DNA of 56,223 nt from a virus (lineage: Duplodnaviria > Heunggongvirae > Uroviricota > Caudoviricetes): positions 625 through 56,847 of IMG/VR virus record IMGVR_UViG_3300011008_000036, one strand, 5' to 3'. The notes below the pieces were generated by a model. It saw only the letters and a program-made list of their open reading frames with translations, made no database searches and was not told the origin of the DNA. A program made the translations under genes and the position numbers. This document shows, piece after piece, positions 40,414 to 50,726 of the stretch (positions within the stretch are counted from its first letter, which is position 1; every line of letters begins with the position of its first letter).

Positions 40414-41106
40414 ATGTTTAATGAAGAAAATATTTTAAAAGTATATTTTGATTGTGAAACTACTTCATTGTTGGATGATGCAAAATTAATATCAATTGGA
40501 TTGATTACTGATTGCAATAATATTTTTTATGCGGAACTAAATGATTACGATTATCGTCTGGATACTGATCCATACAATTCATTTGATAAAAATGACATTG
40601 CTGTTGACAAATGGACATATGACAATATTATTCAAAAATTAATATTCAAAGAATTTTTTGCTGACGATACGAAATGTTTTGATAACACAATTCAAATATA
40701 CAAAGCTGGTTCTGAAAATATTGCTTTATTTTTGAAAGAATGGTTAAAACATATCAATACCAATAACAAAATAGTTTGTTTTTATGGTGATAATATTTGT
40801 CATACTGGAAAATTTTTATTTAGACTATTACCAAAGTTATCCTGTTTGGATATGATAAATATGCCAATTGATTTGTTCACATCATTTGCACTAAATGATG
40901 TTTATTATTGGAGAGATAGATACCAGTATGTTTGGTGTCATTCTCTTGATTCAGCAAAATCTTATTTGGATGATGTGAAAATAATTCATCGAATGTTAAA
41001 TAATAATACTGAATTAGATGCTAATAAATCTATTATAGATTTTAAGCACAATGCTTTGTATGATGCTTTAACAATAAAACACTGTTTCAAATGTTTACTA
41101 AAGTAA
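40414..41106 (+). CDS. DEDDh 3'-5' exonuclease
   Basis: YFDCETT...HNALYDA. Confidence 0.85.
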   Translation: MFNEENILKVYFDCETTSLLDDAKLISIGLITDCNNIFYAELNDYDYRLDTDPYNSFDKNDIAVDKWTYDNIIQKLIFKEFFADDTKCFDNTIQIYKAGSENIALFLKEWLKHINTNNKIVCFYGDNICHTGKFLFRLLPKLSCLDMINMPIDLFTSFALNDVYYWRDRYQYVWCHSLDSAKSYLDDVKIIHRMLNNNTELDANKSIIDFKHNALYDALTIKHCFKCLLK

Positions 41107-41113
41107 AAGATAA

Positions 41114-41157
41114 AAATATAAAAGTTTATCCAATAATTAGGATAAACTTTTATATTT
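41114..41157. terminator. Terminator-like inverted repeat
   Basis: 18-bp stem AAATATAAAAGTTTATCC/GGATAAACTTTTATATTT. Confidence 0.65.
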
Positions 41158-41190
41158 GATTAAATAATTTTCATTTAGGAGGAAACAATT

Positions 41191-42054
41191 TTGCGAATTA
41201 AATTTGAATTGCTAAATTGGGAATCAGAATGTTATAATGATATTATTAATGATCGTGGTTTTCTGATAGCAGATCAACCATTTTCCGATGTTGATAAGTC
41301 AATTAAAAATGTTGATGGTCCAAGATCTCCTAGATATGGATCAGCTCCTGAAGATACATCAGAATTTAATAATCGATATCGTTGTAATTGTGGTAAATAT
41401 ATCGGTGCTATTTTTGAAGGAGAAGTTTGTCCAGAATGTAACACGAAAATTGAATATCGCGATATTGATTTACTTTACACAGGATGGTTGAATTTTTCAC
41501 CATATAAAGTAATTAATCCAATCTTTTATAAGAAATTGGAATCAGCTCTTTCAAAAGATAATTTGAAAAATATCATCAGTAATGAGAATATAATTACTTC
41601 TACAGGAATAATTAGAAAACATAATGATGATATAGAAGTTAAAAAATCAATGTTGAAATATCATAATATTGGTATGTACGAATTCTATTTAAATTATGAA
41701 GAAATCATGTTATATTTTAAACAGAAACGAAAAACCAAAGCTGATCTTATTCAACAATTGATTGATATGAAGAATCAAGTTTGGACGTCAAAAGTACCAG
41801 TATATTCAACAGTATTAAGACCTCTATCTATATCCACAGAATCTTTATATTTTTCACCACTAGATAGAAATGTATTCCCCTTGACAAGTATTTCAATTAA
41901 TCTAAAAAGAGCTTCACCTATTGAAGTTCCTCTATATTTGTTTCAGGCTCAATCAAAAATCAATGAATTATGGGATATTAATTTTTCACTGCTGGACGGA
42001 AAACATGGCGTGATTAGAAGTCAGGTCCTTGGCGGTGAGTTTAACTTCACGTCT
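41191..42054 (+). CDS. rpoC: RNA polymerase beta-prime-like N-terminal subunit, exon 1
   Basis: Zn finger CNCG...CPEC, VLRP, ends LGGEFNFTS (equivalent to GKRVDFSG). Confidence 0.9.
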
Positions 42055-43296
42055 GAACCACATCTGGACATGTAAAACTCTTTTAATTGCGGGAACATCC
42101 TTAGAGCTTTAATTACCAAATTAATATAGTAATATATTAATGGCAATGAATAATGTCAAAGGTTTGGTAAAAAGATTAAAGATTGGATAATCCGCAGCTA
42201 AGTTTGTATATTTTGAAATTATTCATAACTTTATATTCTAATATTAATATTAATAAAGGAATTATATAATTATGAATAATGAAATTATTTGGAAAGATGT
42301 TATACTAGATGGAATAGTTACCAATTATGAAGTTAGTAATACGGGATTAATTAGAAATAAATCAAATGGTAATGTATTATCAAATGTAATAGCAAACAAT
42401 GGATATTATGTTGTAAATTTGCATATTAATAATTTACAACATACAAAAACAATTCATCGTTTAGTTGCAAATACATTTATTCCAAATCCAGAAAATAAAC
42501 CACAAGTAAATCATATAAATGGAAATAAGTTAGATAATAGAGTTGAAAATTTAGAATGGAATACACAGTTAGAAAATATACAACATGCGTTCAATAATGG
42601 ATTAATGCCGAAGGGTTCAGAATGGAGTTTTTCTAAATATGCAGATGATCAAATACATTTAGTATGTAAATTATTGGAATATCAAATTCCAATACGATTA
42701 ATAACTGATCTAACAGGTGTTAAGTCTAGTACTATTTTTGATATTAGAAAAGGTATAAGTTGGACTCATATCGGCAGATTATATAAATTTGATTCTAATT
42801 ATTATTCTACTCATGATATGAAAAAAATTAAATATAAGGATTTAAAAAAAATATTAATAGAATTGAATATATTTAATGATATAGATTTATTTATATTATT
42901 AAAATCAAAAAATATTAAGAAGAAAAAGAAATTATTAGAGGATTTGGAAAATGAATATAATGAAATATTCTTGTTTAAGGATGAACTTAAAGAACTTAGT
43001 AAAATTGAAAATAATTAAATATTCTATTAAAGTTATAACATCAAGAAAAAAATATACAATAAAGTTCAACGACTATCGACCAACTATGATATTGGATAAT
43101 TACCATATCGATATAGTCAGTAGAGTACACCCAAAGCGCTAATGTGGGCGTGTATAAAATGGAATGTTATACACCGTAAGTGGAAATGAAGAGTACATAA
43201 TTAATTTATGTAAAGATATAGTCTCATCTTTATAGAAATATAAAGAAGTTCATAAGAGAACTGCATATACGTTGCGAATATATGTGAAGATAATTG
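42055..43296 (+). mobile_element. Group I intron with HNH endonuclease ORF
   Basis: P1 CACGUCU/GGACAUG with U.G; P10 AGAU/AUCU; P 42085-42094, Q 42189-42198, R 43064-43076, S from 43213; terminal G at 43296; junction FTS|RSVI. Confidence 0.93.
42272..43018 (+). CDS. NUMOD4-HNH homing endonuclease (intron-encoded)
   Basis: IHRLVANTFIPNP, VNHINGNKLDNRVENLEW. Confidence 0.92.
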   Translation: MNNEIIWKDVILDGIVTNYEVSNTGLIRNKSNGNVLSNVIANNGYYVVNLHINNLQHTKTIHRLVANTFIPNPENKPQVNHINGNKLDNRVENLEWNTQLENIQHAFNNGLMPKGSEWSFSKYADDQIHLVCKLLEYQIPIRLITDLTGVKSSTIFDIRKGISWTHIGRLYKFDSNYYSTHDMKKIKYKDLKKILIELNIFNDIDLFILLKSKNIKKKKKLLEDLENEYNEIFLFKDELKELSKIENN

Positions 43297-43648
43297 AGAT
43301 CAGTAATTGTTTTAGATCCTACTTTAAAAATGGATGAAGTTGATATGTCTTATAAAGAATTCATCGAATTGTATAGAGGGCATATCATAAAAAGAATTAT
43401 TAAAGATAAAGGTTGGACAATAACAAAAGCATCAAATTATTTATCATCAAAATTTATGTATGATAAATACATTCATTCTATAATGATGCAAATCATTGAA
43501 GAAGACCAACCCCAAATTATTCTTAATCGTAACCCCACCATAACATTTGGGTCAATTTTATTAATGAAAATCCGTAAGGTAAAAACAGATAATAATGATT
43601 TAACATTATCAATTCCTTCAAGTATATTAAAAGGATTAAATGCTGATT
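43297..43648 (+). CDS. rpoC: Beta-prime-like subunit, exon 2
   Basis: RSVIVLDP, ILNRNPT, GLNAD plus the first base of the Phe codon. Confidence 0.9.
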
Positions 43649-44967
43649 TAACACATCTATATCCCAGGTTGAGATCAGTTTAAAAACTTTCCTAAATGCG
43701 GGAAACTTCCTATAATTCATTTATACTAAATTATATTAGTAATAATATAATGGCAAGAGGTAATATCTCAAGGTATAGTAAAAAGTAAATGAATTAGTAT
43801 CTTTATTTAGAAAGATATGAGTTCAGAGACTATCGAAAAGGTAATATAAATAGTAATGTTTATATGAGTAACTGAGTAGAGTACGGCTTATATTAATGAA
43901 TATAAGTAGGGTTGGGATCCTTTAAATGGAAACGGAAAGTATATTATATTACCTTCATATGAAGGTAATATAATATAAAGATATAGTCCATGATTAAGTA
44001 TAAAGTATTATTCCGTATATTTTAAATCATCTAATTTTTCAAAATTAGGAAAATATTCTTGATTTGTTTTAGGATAGTTTTTTAAATATAAACCAATTGT
44101 ATCATATAATGTTTTATAAAAGTTTTTAGCTTTTTCACTATGACGATCTTGACTTCGTTTATCTTGATCATTTATAACATTATTGATTAAAACATCTTCA
44201 CGTTTTACTGAATCTATATAGAATATAAACCATCCTCTATATGGTTTACCAGTTCTATTTGCATTTTTAATTAGATCTTTTGTGGTATGTAAATAATCAG
44301 CAAATAATTTCATTGAGTCAGAAAATATCAATTTTTGCTGATTCATATTTACAGCAATTATTGGTTCGGATCTTAATAATTTTTCTTTAGCTGATAGATT
44401 TGATCTAGATGTTTTCCTAGTATTAATAGCTTCATCTAGATTATATCCATTTTTAATTGTATCATATAGATTTATAAAATAATTTTCCATATCCGTATGA
44501 ACTGGTTGAAGAGTTTCAGCTATTGGATACATTATAAAATTTTCAATGCCTTCGTCAATCATAGCTTGAATAATTGGGCGATGAATCTTTTTAACTCCCT
44601 TACTCTTTAATGCTTTATTATATTCATAAATATATTGTGAAGCTCTTTTTTGTAATGAAGCCATTGGACCAGAATTAGCTACTCCAATATTTAGTGAATA
44701 TGTGGATCCAATATATTTCTTACCATTTAAAAGATTCTCAATGCAATAAATATAACCATATCGATCGAGATTATATATATTTGGTATTTTATGGATTGGA
44801 TCAATTGGTTTATTAACTAAAAACTTTTTCTTTATTTCTTGATTTAAAATTCTATCTAAATCATACATAATAAAAACAACTCCTTTTGCAATTAATAATT
44901 TTAATATTATGTATACAGATAATGATGTTTTTATTATATGTGGAATAATGCGATTAAAAGTTTAACA
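43649..44967 (+). mobile_element. Atypical group I intron inside the NADFDGD codons
   Basis: P1 GCUGAUU/GAUCAGU with U.G; P10 UCGAC/GUUGA; P 43694-43703, R 43821-43833, S 43977-43988; Q element not found; last base is A. Confidence 0.78.
44008..44868 (-). CDS. GIY-YIG homing endonuclease, antisense within the intron
   Basis: GYIYCIENLLNGKKYIGS, ENYFINLY, NGYN; own SD AAGGAG on the minus strand. Confidence 0.88.
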   Translation of the reverse strand: MYDLDRILNQEIKKKFLVNKPIDPIHKIPNIYNLDRYGYIYCIENLLNGKKYIGSTYSLNIGVANSGPMASLQKRASQYIYEYNKALKSKGVKKIHRPIIQAMIDEGIENFIMYPIAETLQPVHTDMENYFINLYDTIKNGYNLDEAINTRKTSRSNLSAKEKLLRSEPIIAVNMNQQKLIFSDSMKLFADYLHTTKDLIKNANRTGKPYRGWFIFYIDSVKREDVLINNVINDQDKRSQDRHSEKAKNFYKTLYDTIGLYLKNYPKTNQEYFPNFEKLDDLKYTE

Positions 44968-45134
44968 TCGACGGGGATGTGCTGAATATGCTTGGAATGG
45001 AATTACCAGAAATAACAGAAATATTCAAAAACTTTTCACCAACACAATTAATATATAATCGTGTTGATGCAAGTATTAGGATTGATATTTCTGATCTGGA
45101 AAATATCAGTTTATCTATATTTAGTGATTTTTAA
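44968..45134 (+). CDS. rpoC: Beta-prime-like subunit, exon 3 (not in the ORF track); spliced product 460 aa
   Basis: (F)DGDVLNMLGMELPEITEIFKNFSP...SDF-stop; completes NADFDGD; terminator hairpin at 45143-45178. Confidence 0.88.
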
Positions 45135-45315
45135 ATGATATAAAATACAATGCTGGTATAATTGCCAGCATTGTATTTATTTTATTATCGTATATTATTA
45201 TTTTTTATTGATATATTATAATTGTGAATAAATAAAAGAAAGGAGTTGAGTATTAATGGGATTTACTTGACATAATTAATTTTAGATAGTTTTAATTTTA
45301 GTGTGTAAATACATG

Positions 45316-45575
45316 ATCAAGAAAGGAGGAAATGATTATGTATAATATATTCAAGCCTCCTTGATTAATATTAAGAAATCTTTAATATTAATTAAGGTTG
45401 TACAATTTCTAGCTTGATCAACTAACTAGCTAGAAAAAAATATTAAAAGTAGAATGCAAACAATTGAAGATGGTTATAAATTTTAGTTTCAAAGAAGTTG
45501 AATTCAAACTTTAATGAGCTGGAATAAGTAATCAGATTCAGTTGTTTCGAACAGCATTCTATTTTTTTTTTTTTT
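45316..45575 (+). other. Structured intergenic region with micro-ORF MYNIFKPP and a long stem ending in poly-T
   Basis: SD/anti-SD hairpin 45316-45365; TTCTAGCT/AGCTAGAA hairpin; TAGAATGC/GCATTCTA and AAACAATTGAA/TTCAGTTGTTT stems; T-run from 45562. Confidence 0.45.
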
Positions 45576-45678
45576 ATTAATATTTTATTTTTTAACCGAC
45601 TTAACTATACTTAAATTTATATTGATATATTATATTAGTATATGTGCTAATATTCTGAAAGGAAGTATTTAGTATAAT

Positions 45679-46041
45679 ATGGATGAAATAATCTATTTTG
45701 ATTTGAACAATTGGTCTGCTGGAAATACATATCCAAATGCAGAACCATTTATCAGTTGGATGGGGGGTGATTTAAACACAAGATTATATGATGATGTTTG
45801 GGTAAAAAGAAATAATTTAGTTGTTGTCGCTGTAACAGTAGATCAAAGTATTTCATTTAATGTTTCAGCTCCAAAAAAATGGGTAATGAAAAATTGTCCA
45901 TCCTTATTAGATGAATATTCAAAATTTATTTGTATTGCTGATAAAGAAAATGAATTACCTGATCCACATATATATGGAAGTTTTATGAAATACTGTGAAG
46001 AAAATATTGGTCTACATTACGATGATACTTGGTTTGAATAA
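45679..46041 (+). CDS. Hypothetical protein
   Basis: 120-aa ORF with an upstream TGATATATTAT motif. Confidence 0.75.
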   Translation: MDEIIYFDLNNWSAGNTYPNAEPFISWMGGDLNTRLYDDVWVKRNNLVVVAVTVDQSISFNVSAPKKWVMKNCPSLLDEYSKFICIADKENELPDPHIYGSFMKYCEENIGLHYDDTWFE

Positions 46042-46080
46042 TTTCAAGTAAAATTAAAAAAAATATAGGAGAAAAAGATA

Positions 46081-47265
46081 ATGTTAAATCCAAAGACAAG
46101 TGAAAGAGAACTTGCATATTTAGTTAAAGTCAACGATGTAATCAAACACGGAAATGCTGATAGACTTGAAATCGCTGTTATTGGTGGATGGCATGTAATA
46201 GTTGGAAAAGGAGAATTCCAAAAAGGTGAGGTTGGAATATATTTTGAAATTGATTCTTTATTACCAGATAAAGAACCTTTTCATTCTATGGAATTTTTAG
46301 CATCAAAACATTTTCGAATTAAGACGCAAAAAATTAGAGGTGAATTATCGCAAGGTTTTCTTATCCATCTTAAATGTTTAAAAGGTACAGAATTTGAAGA
46401 TCTCAGTAATATAGATAATTATAATGATGAAAATCGATTTCTTACTGAAAGATTAGAAGTAAAATATTATGAGCCTGAATATAATGAAAGAAAGAATAAT
46501 AACAATAAACAAGTAGTTGATAAATACAAAAGAATGATTTCTCGTCACAGAGAATTATTCATGAAATATCTTCCATTCAAGTGGATGATACAATATCCAT
46601 TAGGTCAAAAATTATTATATATATTCTTTGGTAGAAAAACTGATGAATTAAAAGCTCAGTGGCCAAGTTGGGTACGTAAAACGGATGAAGAAAGAATTCA
46701 AAATATGAAATGGATTTTACAGAATAAAGATAGATGGATAGTCACTGAAAAGGTTGATGGAACATCATTAACTGTTGCATTTCATAAACAGAAGGGAATT
46801 TTTATATGTTCGCGAAATTTAGCATTTTATGATACTGATGAGAATTTATACACTAGTATCGCAAAATCTCGAAAAATTCCAGAAGCATTACAAGATATTT
46901 GTGACGAATATAAATTAAATTGGGTAACTTTCCAAGGAGAAATATATGGAAAATGCGTTCAGAAAAATGAATATTTTCTTCCATACCAGGAAGTTTTAGG
47001 ATTTAATTTAGTCTTCTCTGATAGAGGAAGATTAAATTCTGTAGTAGCAGAAAATATCATGTCGAAATATAATATATCTTGGGTGCCAATTCTTAAAGTT
47101 GACTATATTCTTCCTGACACAGTTGAAGAATTAATGCAATATGTTGAAAATGAAGGCTCTCAACTTGCTAATGTTATGCGTGAAGGTTTAGTATTCAGGT
47201 CTCCCGATGGGATAAAATCATTTAAAGCAGTATCAAATAAATATTTATTAAAATATCATGGATAA
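46081..47265 (+). CDS. RNA ligase, Rnl2/DRB0094 type
   Basis: N-terminal HGNADRLE...YFEIDS; EKVDGTS, FQGEIYG, REGLVFR, FKAVSNKYL. Confidence 0.9.
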   Translation: MLNPKTSERELAYLVKVNDVIKHGNADRLEIAVIGGWHVIVGKGEFQKGEVGIYFEIDSLLPDKEPFHSMEFLASKHFRIKTQKIRGELSQGFLIHLKCLKGTEFEDLSNIDNYNDENRFLTERLEVKYYEPEYNERKNNNNKQVVDKYKRMISRHRELFMKYLPFKWMIQYPLGQKLLYIFFGRKTDELKAQWPSWVRKTDEERIQNMKWILQNKDRWIVTEKVDGTSLTVAFHKQKGIFICSRNLAFYDTDENLYTSIAKSRKIPEALQDICDEYKLNWVTFQGEIYGKCVQKNEYFLPYQEVLGFNLVFSDRGRLNSVVAENIMSKYNISWVPILKVDYILPDTVEELMQYVENEGSQLANVMREGLVFRSPDGIKSFKAVSNKYLLKYHG

Positions 47266-47283
47266 GAAAAGGTGGAAATTATT

Positions 47284-47430
47284 ATGGGATTAAATATTGA
47301 AGAAAGTATTTGGTTTGATGTGAGTGAAAATTATCATGAGGAAGAAGAAAATTATGATTATAATCTTTCATGTAAATATACTGAAGATGATTATAATGAT
47401 GATTATAATTTAAGCTGTAAAAATAATTAG
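47284..47430 (+). CDS. Small acidic protein (48 aa)
   Basis: Not in the ORF track; DYNLSCK occurs twice; fills the gap between two genes. Confidence 0.45.
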   Translation: MGLNIEESIWFDVSENYHEEEENYDYNLSCKYTEDDYNDDYNLSCKNN

Positions 47431-47443
47431 GAGGTAATGATAT

Positions 47444-47839
47444 ATGAAAATAATTATTTTATTAGCAATGATTTATTGCCATATCATTAATGATTATTTG
47501 TTACAAGGAATATTAGCATCAATGAAACAATATAAATGGTGGATTAATCATGAAGGTTTTAATCCAAAATATAATAAAGATTATATTGCTGCATTAGTTT
47601 GTCATGCATTCTCATGGACATTTACAATGTCAATTCCAATATTAATTTATCGATTTAATCAAATTAATTATAAATGGGCATTTATATTTATGATTGCTAT
47701 TATCATTAATACAATCATTCATGCAATTGTTGATGATTTAAAAGCCAATAAATATAAATTAAATTTGATTCAAGATCAATTATTACACATGGCACAGATT
47801 GGATTAACATTCCTATTAGTAATTGGGGATATTTTATAA
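47444..47839 (+). CDS. DUF3307-like membrane protein
   Basis: HIINDYLLQ, HAIVDDLKAN, DQLLH. Confidence 0.8.
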   Translation: MKIIILLAMIYCHIINDYLLQGILASMKQYKWWINHEGFNPKYNKDYIAALVCHAFSWTFTMSIPILIYRFNQINYKWAFIFMIAIIINTIIHAIVDDLKANKYKLNLIQDQLLHMAQIGLTFLLVIGDIL

Positions 47840-47861
47840 TTAATAGAGAGAGTGAAACATA

Positions 47862-48164
47862 ATGGAAATTGCAAATAAAATATTACAATTGTATTTTAAC
47901 TATAAACCATTATTTGAAAATCTATTGATACTCACAATATTACCATATTTATTTTATACAATATTTGCATTTCTTAAATATGAGCTTGAGTATAATAATG
48001 CTTGGAACGATGATTATCGAATTCCTTTTATATTAAAGATTCTTTATTATACGTTAAAAGTTATTTGTATATCAACAACTATTATGATTGGTATAGTATA
48101 TGTTGTACCATATCTATTGATAACGATTGGAATTATGAAAGATTTAATAATGTTATATGTTTAA
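47862..48164 (+). CDS. Small membrane protein
   Basis: Two hydrophobic segments. Confidence 0.6.
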   Translation: MEIANKILQLYFNYKPLFENLLILTILPYLFYTIFAFLKYELEYNNAWNDDYRIPFILKILYYTLKVICISTTIMIGIVYVVPYLLITIGIMKDLIMLYV

Positions 48165-48180
48165 AAGGAGATTGTTTATC

Positions 48181-48516
48181 ATGAATAGTAAAGCACCAGT
48201 TGCTATGATTTCACAAGGAATGAGAGATAAAACAGATGAAGAAATTTTAACAGTTCGTAACAAAGCTATTCGAGAATTGAATGAAATGGGTTATGAAGTA
48301 TTAAACACATTCTATTCTGATTATGGAAAAGAGAAAGAAACAATGGAACAAAATAATGTCGTTAATGAACCATTGTGGTATTTGGCAAAATCTTTAAGTG
48401 ATATGGCTAAATGTGATGCTGTTTATTTTACAAAAGGTTTTGAAACCTATCGAGGATGTGTAATAGAACATATAGCTGCCACAAGATATGGATTAAAAAC
48501 AATTTACGAAGATTAA
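48181..48516 (+). CDS. DUF4406-like / nucleoside deoxyribosyltransferase-fold protein
   Basis: ISQGM...CDAVYF.KGFE..RGC.IEH..A..YG; SD supports a start at 48181. Confidence 0.6.
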   Translation: MNSKAPVAMISQGMRDKTDEEILTVRNKAIRELNEMGYEVLNTFYSDYGKEKETMEQNNVVNEPLWYLAKSLSDMAKCDAVYFTKGFETYRGCVIEHIAATRYGLKTIYED

Positions 48517-48595
48517 TATATTACTTTAATTGAGGATTATTAATAATCCTCAATTAAATTTTATTTATAATATAATTAAGAAAGGAATAATTAAA

Positions 48596-49399
48596 ATGAA
48601 TAAGTTTGATGCTTTGGGAGATCGAATGAAATTATATGAAGCTGTTTCTAAAATTTATTTACCTCGCAGATTACCTGTTATTATTAGAATTGATGGCAGA
48701 TCTTTTCATTCATTTACACGAGGATTTATAAAACCATTTGATTATGTATTATCTAAAACCATGCAAGACACAATGCAATATTTATGCGAACATATTCAAG
48801 GATGTATTTTTGGATATACACAATCTGATGAAATTTCATTAATATTGCAAAATGATAAGAAAATGAACACAGATGCATGGTTTGCAAATAATGTTCAAAA
48901 AATAGTTTCGATTAGTGCTTCAATGGCTACTATGATATTTAATAAGAGATTTTCAACCAATGCTATTGATGAAGGATATAAATTATTTAATGATAACCAG
49001 TCAGATACAGATGTGGAAGTTTTAGAGCAACAAGCTGCTAGATATAAACATGCTTTGGATAAAGCTATGTTTGATTCTCGTGTATTTATATTGCCAAAGA
49101 ATGAAGTTTGTAATTATCTTATTTGGCGACAAAACGATGCAATTAGAAATTCTATAGAAATGGTTGGTAGACAATATTTCGCACATAATGAATTATATGG
49201 GAAAAGTTGTAATTGGATTAAAGAGCAATTGATAAATCAATTTAATTTTGATTGGGAAGATATTAATACTATATACAAAAGAGGATCTTGTTATATAAAA
49301 GATTTTACAAGCGAATGTGGTGAGTGGTATCTTGATGAAGAAATTCCAATCTTCAAAGAAAATCGAAATTATATAGAAAGATTATATTATAATTCATAA
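48596..49399 (+). CDS. tRNA(His) guanylyltransferase Thg1-like protein
   Basis: RIDGRSFHSFT, YTQSDEISL, FDSRVF, WRQNDAIRNS; start moved to 48596. Confidence 0.92.
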   Translation: MNKFDALGDRMKLYEAVSKIYLPRRLPVIIRIDGRSFHSFTRGFIKPFDYVLSKTMQDTMQYLCEHIQGCIFGYTQSDEISLILQNDKKMNTDAWFANNVQKIVSISASMATMIFNKRFSTNAIDEGYKLFNDNQSDTDVEVLEQQAARYKHALDKAMFDSRVFILPKNEVCNYLIWRQNDAIRNSIEMVGRQYFAHNELYGKSCNWIKEQLINQFNFDWEDINTIYKRGSCYIKDFTSECGEWYLDEEIPIFKENRNYIERLYYNS

Positions 49400-49411
49400 T
49401 AGGAGGATATT

Positions 49412-49900
49412 ATGAAATTTAAATTTATTAAAAAAGCAATTCATAACTTAAAATGCTTACATAAATATTTTAATAATAAATTCACACATGATGGAACAAA
49501 TTTCATATACCTTGATGAATGTTCACCAGCTGTTAGAATTCCATTAGCATCATTAAATGTAAATGATGATAAACTTGAATTCAATGAAGAAATTCAAATA
49601 AAGAATAATATATGGACAAGTTTTGCATACACAGAAATTAAACATTTCAATGATTTTATTTATATCAACACATACCAACTTGATTATTATTCAACTCCTC
49701 GAGATATTACATATGTTCTTCACTGGAAACTGCCAACAGTATTTGACAAGCCATCGGACTTCAAATTGTATCTTGATAATAAAGATGTTTCACGAAAACT
49801 TGCACAATCACATGTTATCGATATTATGATTGAATTATCATTGTATAAAATGCAATATAAATCTTTCTTTGATAAATTGGTATCATTATTATATAAATAA
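49412..49900 (+). CDS. Hypothetical protein, tandem paralog of the next gene
   Basis: Shares FI..AI.NL and WKLP..F....DF with 49932-50462. Confidence 0.65.
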   Translation: MKFKFIKKAIHNLKCLHKYFNNKFTHDGTNFIYLDECSPAVRIPLASLNVNDDKLEFNEEIQIKNNIWTSFAYTEIKHFNDFIYINTYQLDYYSTPRDITYVLHWKLPTVFDKPSDFKLYLDNKDVSRKLAQSHVIDIMIELSLYKMQYKSFFDKLVSLLYK

Positions 49901-49931
49901 AATAATATTAATTAGAAGGGAATTCAAATCA

Positions 49932-50462
49932 ATGAATAAACTTAATTTTATCAATACGGCCATTAATAATTTATTGGAAATTAATAAAGTTTTACGTAAG
50001 AATTCAACATATAGAATTGATCCATTGGAATTTAATGATGAATTAACAAATCATACAGATACTATTCCACAATCACAAATTAAAATTGATTTTAATTTCT
50101 TGAAAGTAAATACTATTAGTAAAACATCAAAATCAATTAGTTTCGTTGAACAATTAACAAGAATTTTTGATGACGAAACTATTACAGATTTATATAAATA
50201 TATGATTTTCGTATTTAAAGATCATATTGATGTTGCATTTTCAAAAATATATATTAATGGTCAAGAAAAGATTGCATATTCAAATATTGTCAAACTTTGG
50301 AAACTTCCGTTAACTTTTGAATTCGATGACGATTTTGCAAAAGCAACTTACGATAGAGATGCATATGTTATTCCATGGAAAATTCATATATTTAATGTGC
50401 TGAATAAAATATCAACATCAACATTTGAAGTGTGTTGTTTCAGAAAAGCAAAGGAGAATTAA
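49932..50462 (+). CDS. Hypothetical protein
   Basis: Start at ATG 49932 after AGAAGGG. Confidence 0.65.
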   Translation: MNKLNFINTAINNLLEINKVLRKNSTYRIDPLEFNDELTNHTDTIPQSQIKIDFNFLKVNTISKTSKSISFVEQLTRIFDDETITDLYKYMIFVFKDHIDVAFSKIYINGQEKIAYSNIVKLWKLPLTFEFDDDFAKATYDRDAYVIPWKIHIFNVLNKISTSTFEVCCFRKAKEN

Positions 50463-50464
50463 TA

Positions 50465-50665
50465 ATGTTAAAAGCAAAAGTAATTATAACTAGACCAGAA
50501 GCATTACAGAGAGAATTAAATGATTTCTTCGTTCAAGTTGGTGAAAGTTTATACGAACTCAAGGATGTAAAAATTGTTGAAATTTCTGGTAGAGAAACAA
50601 AAATCATGGCAATAATAATTTATGATATGATCAATATATCTATGGATTTGGATGAATTGATGTAA
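50465..50665 (+). CDS. Small hypothetical protein
   Basis: SD AAGGAG; palindrome downstream. Confidence 0.6.
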   Translation: MLKAKVIITRPEALQRELNDFFVQVGESLYELKDVKIVEISGRETKIMAIIIYDMINISMDLDELM

Positions 50666-50726
50666 TTTTATATGGGTAATTTATAAATTACCCATATATT
50701 TTTTTTTATTTTTAAGGAGAATTATT

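Noticed and set aside
44960-44970. Alternative 3' splice sites at G44960 or G44970 for the NADFDGD intron
   Set aside because: G44960 gives a stop codon or NADFNIDGD; G44970 needs a 5' exon ending in G. Neither fits P1/P10 or the invariant motif.
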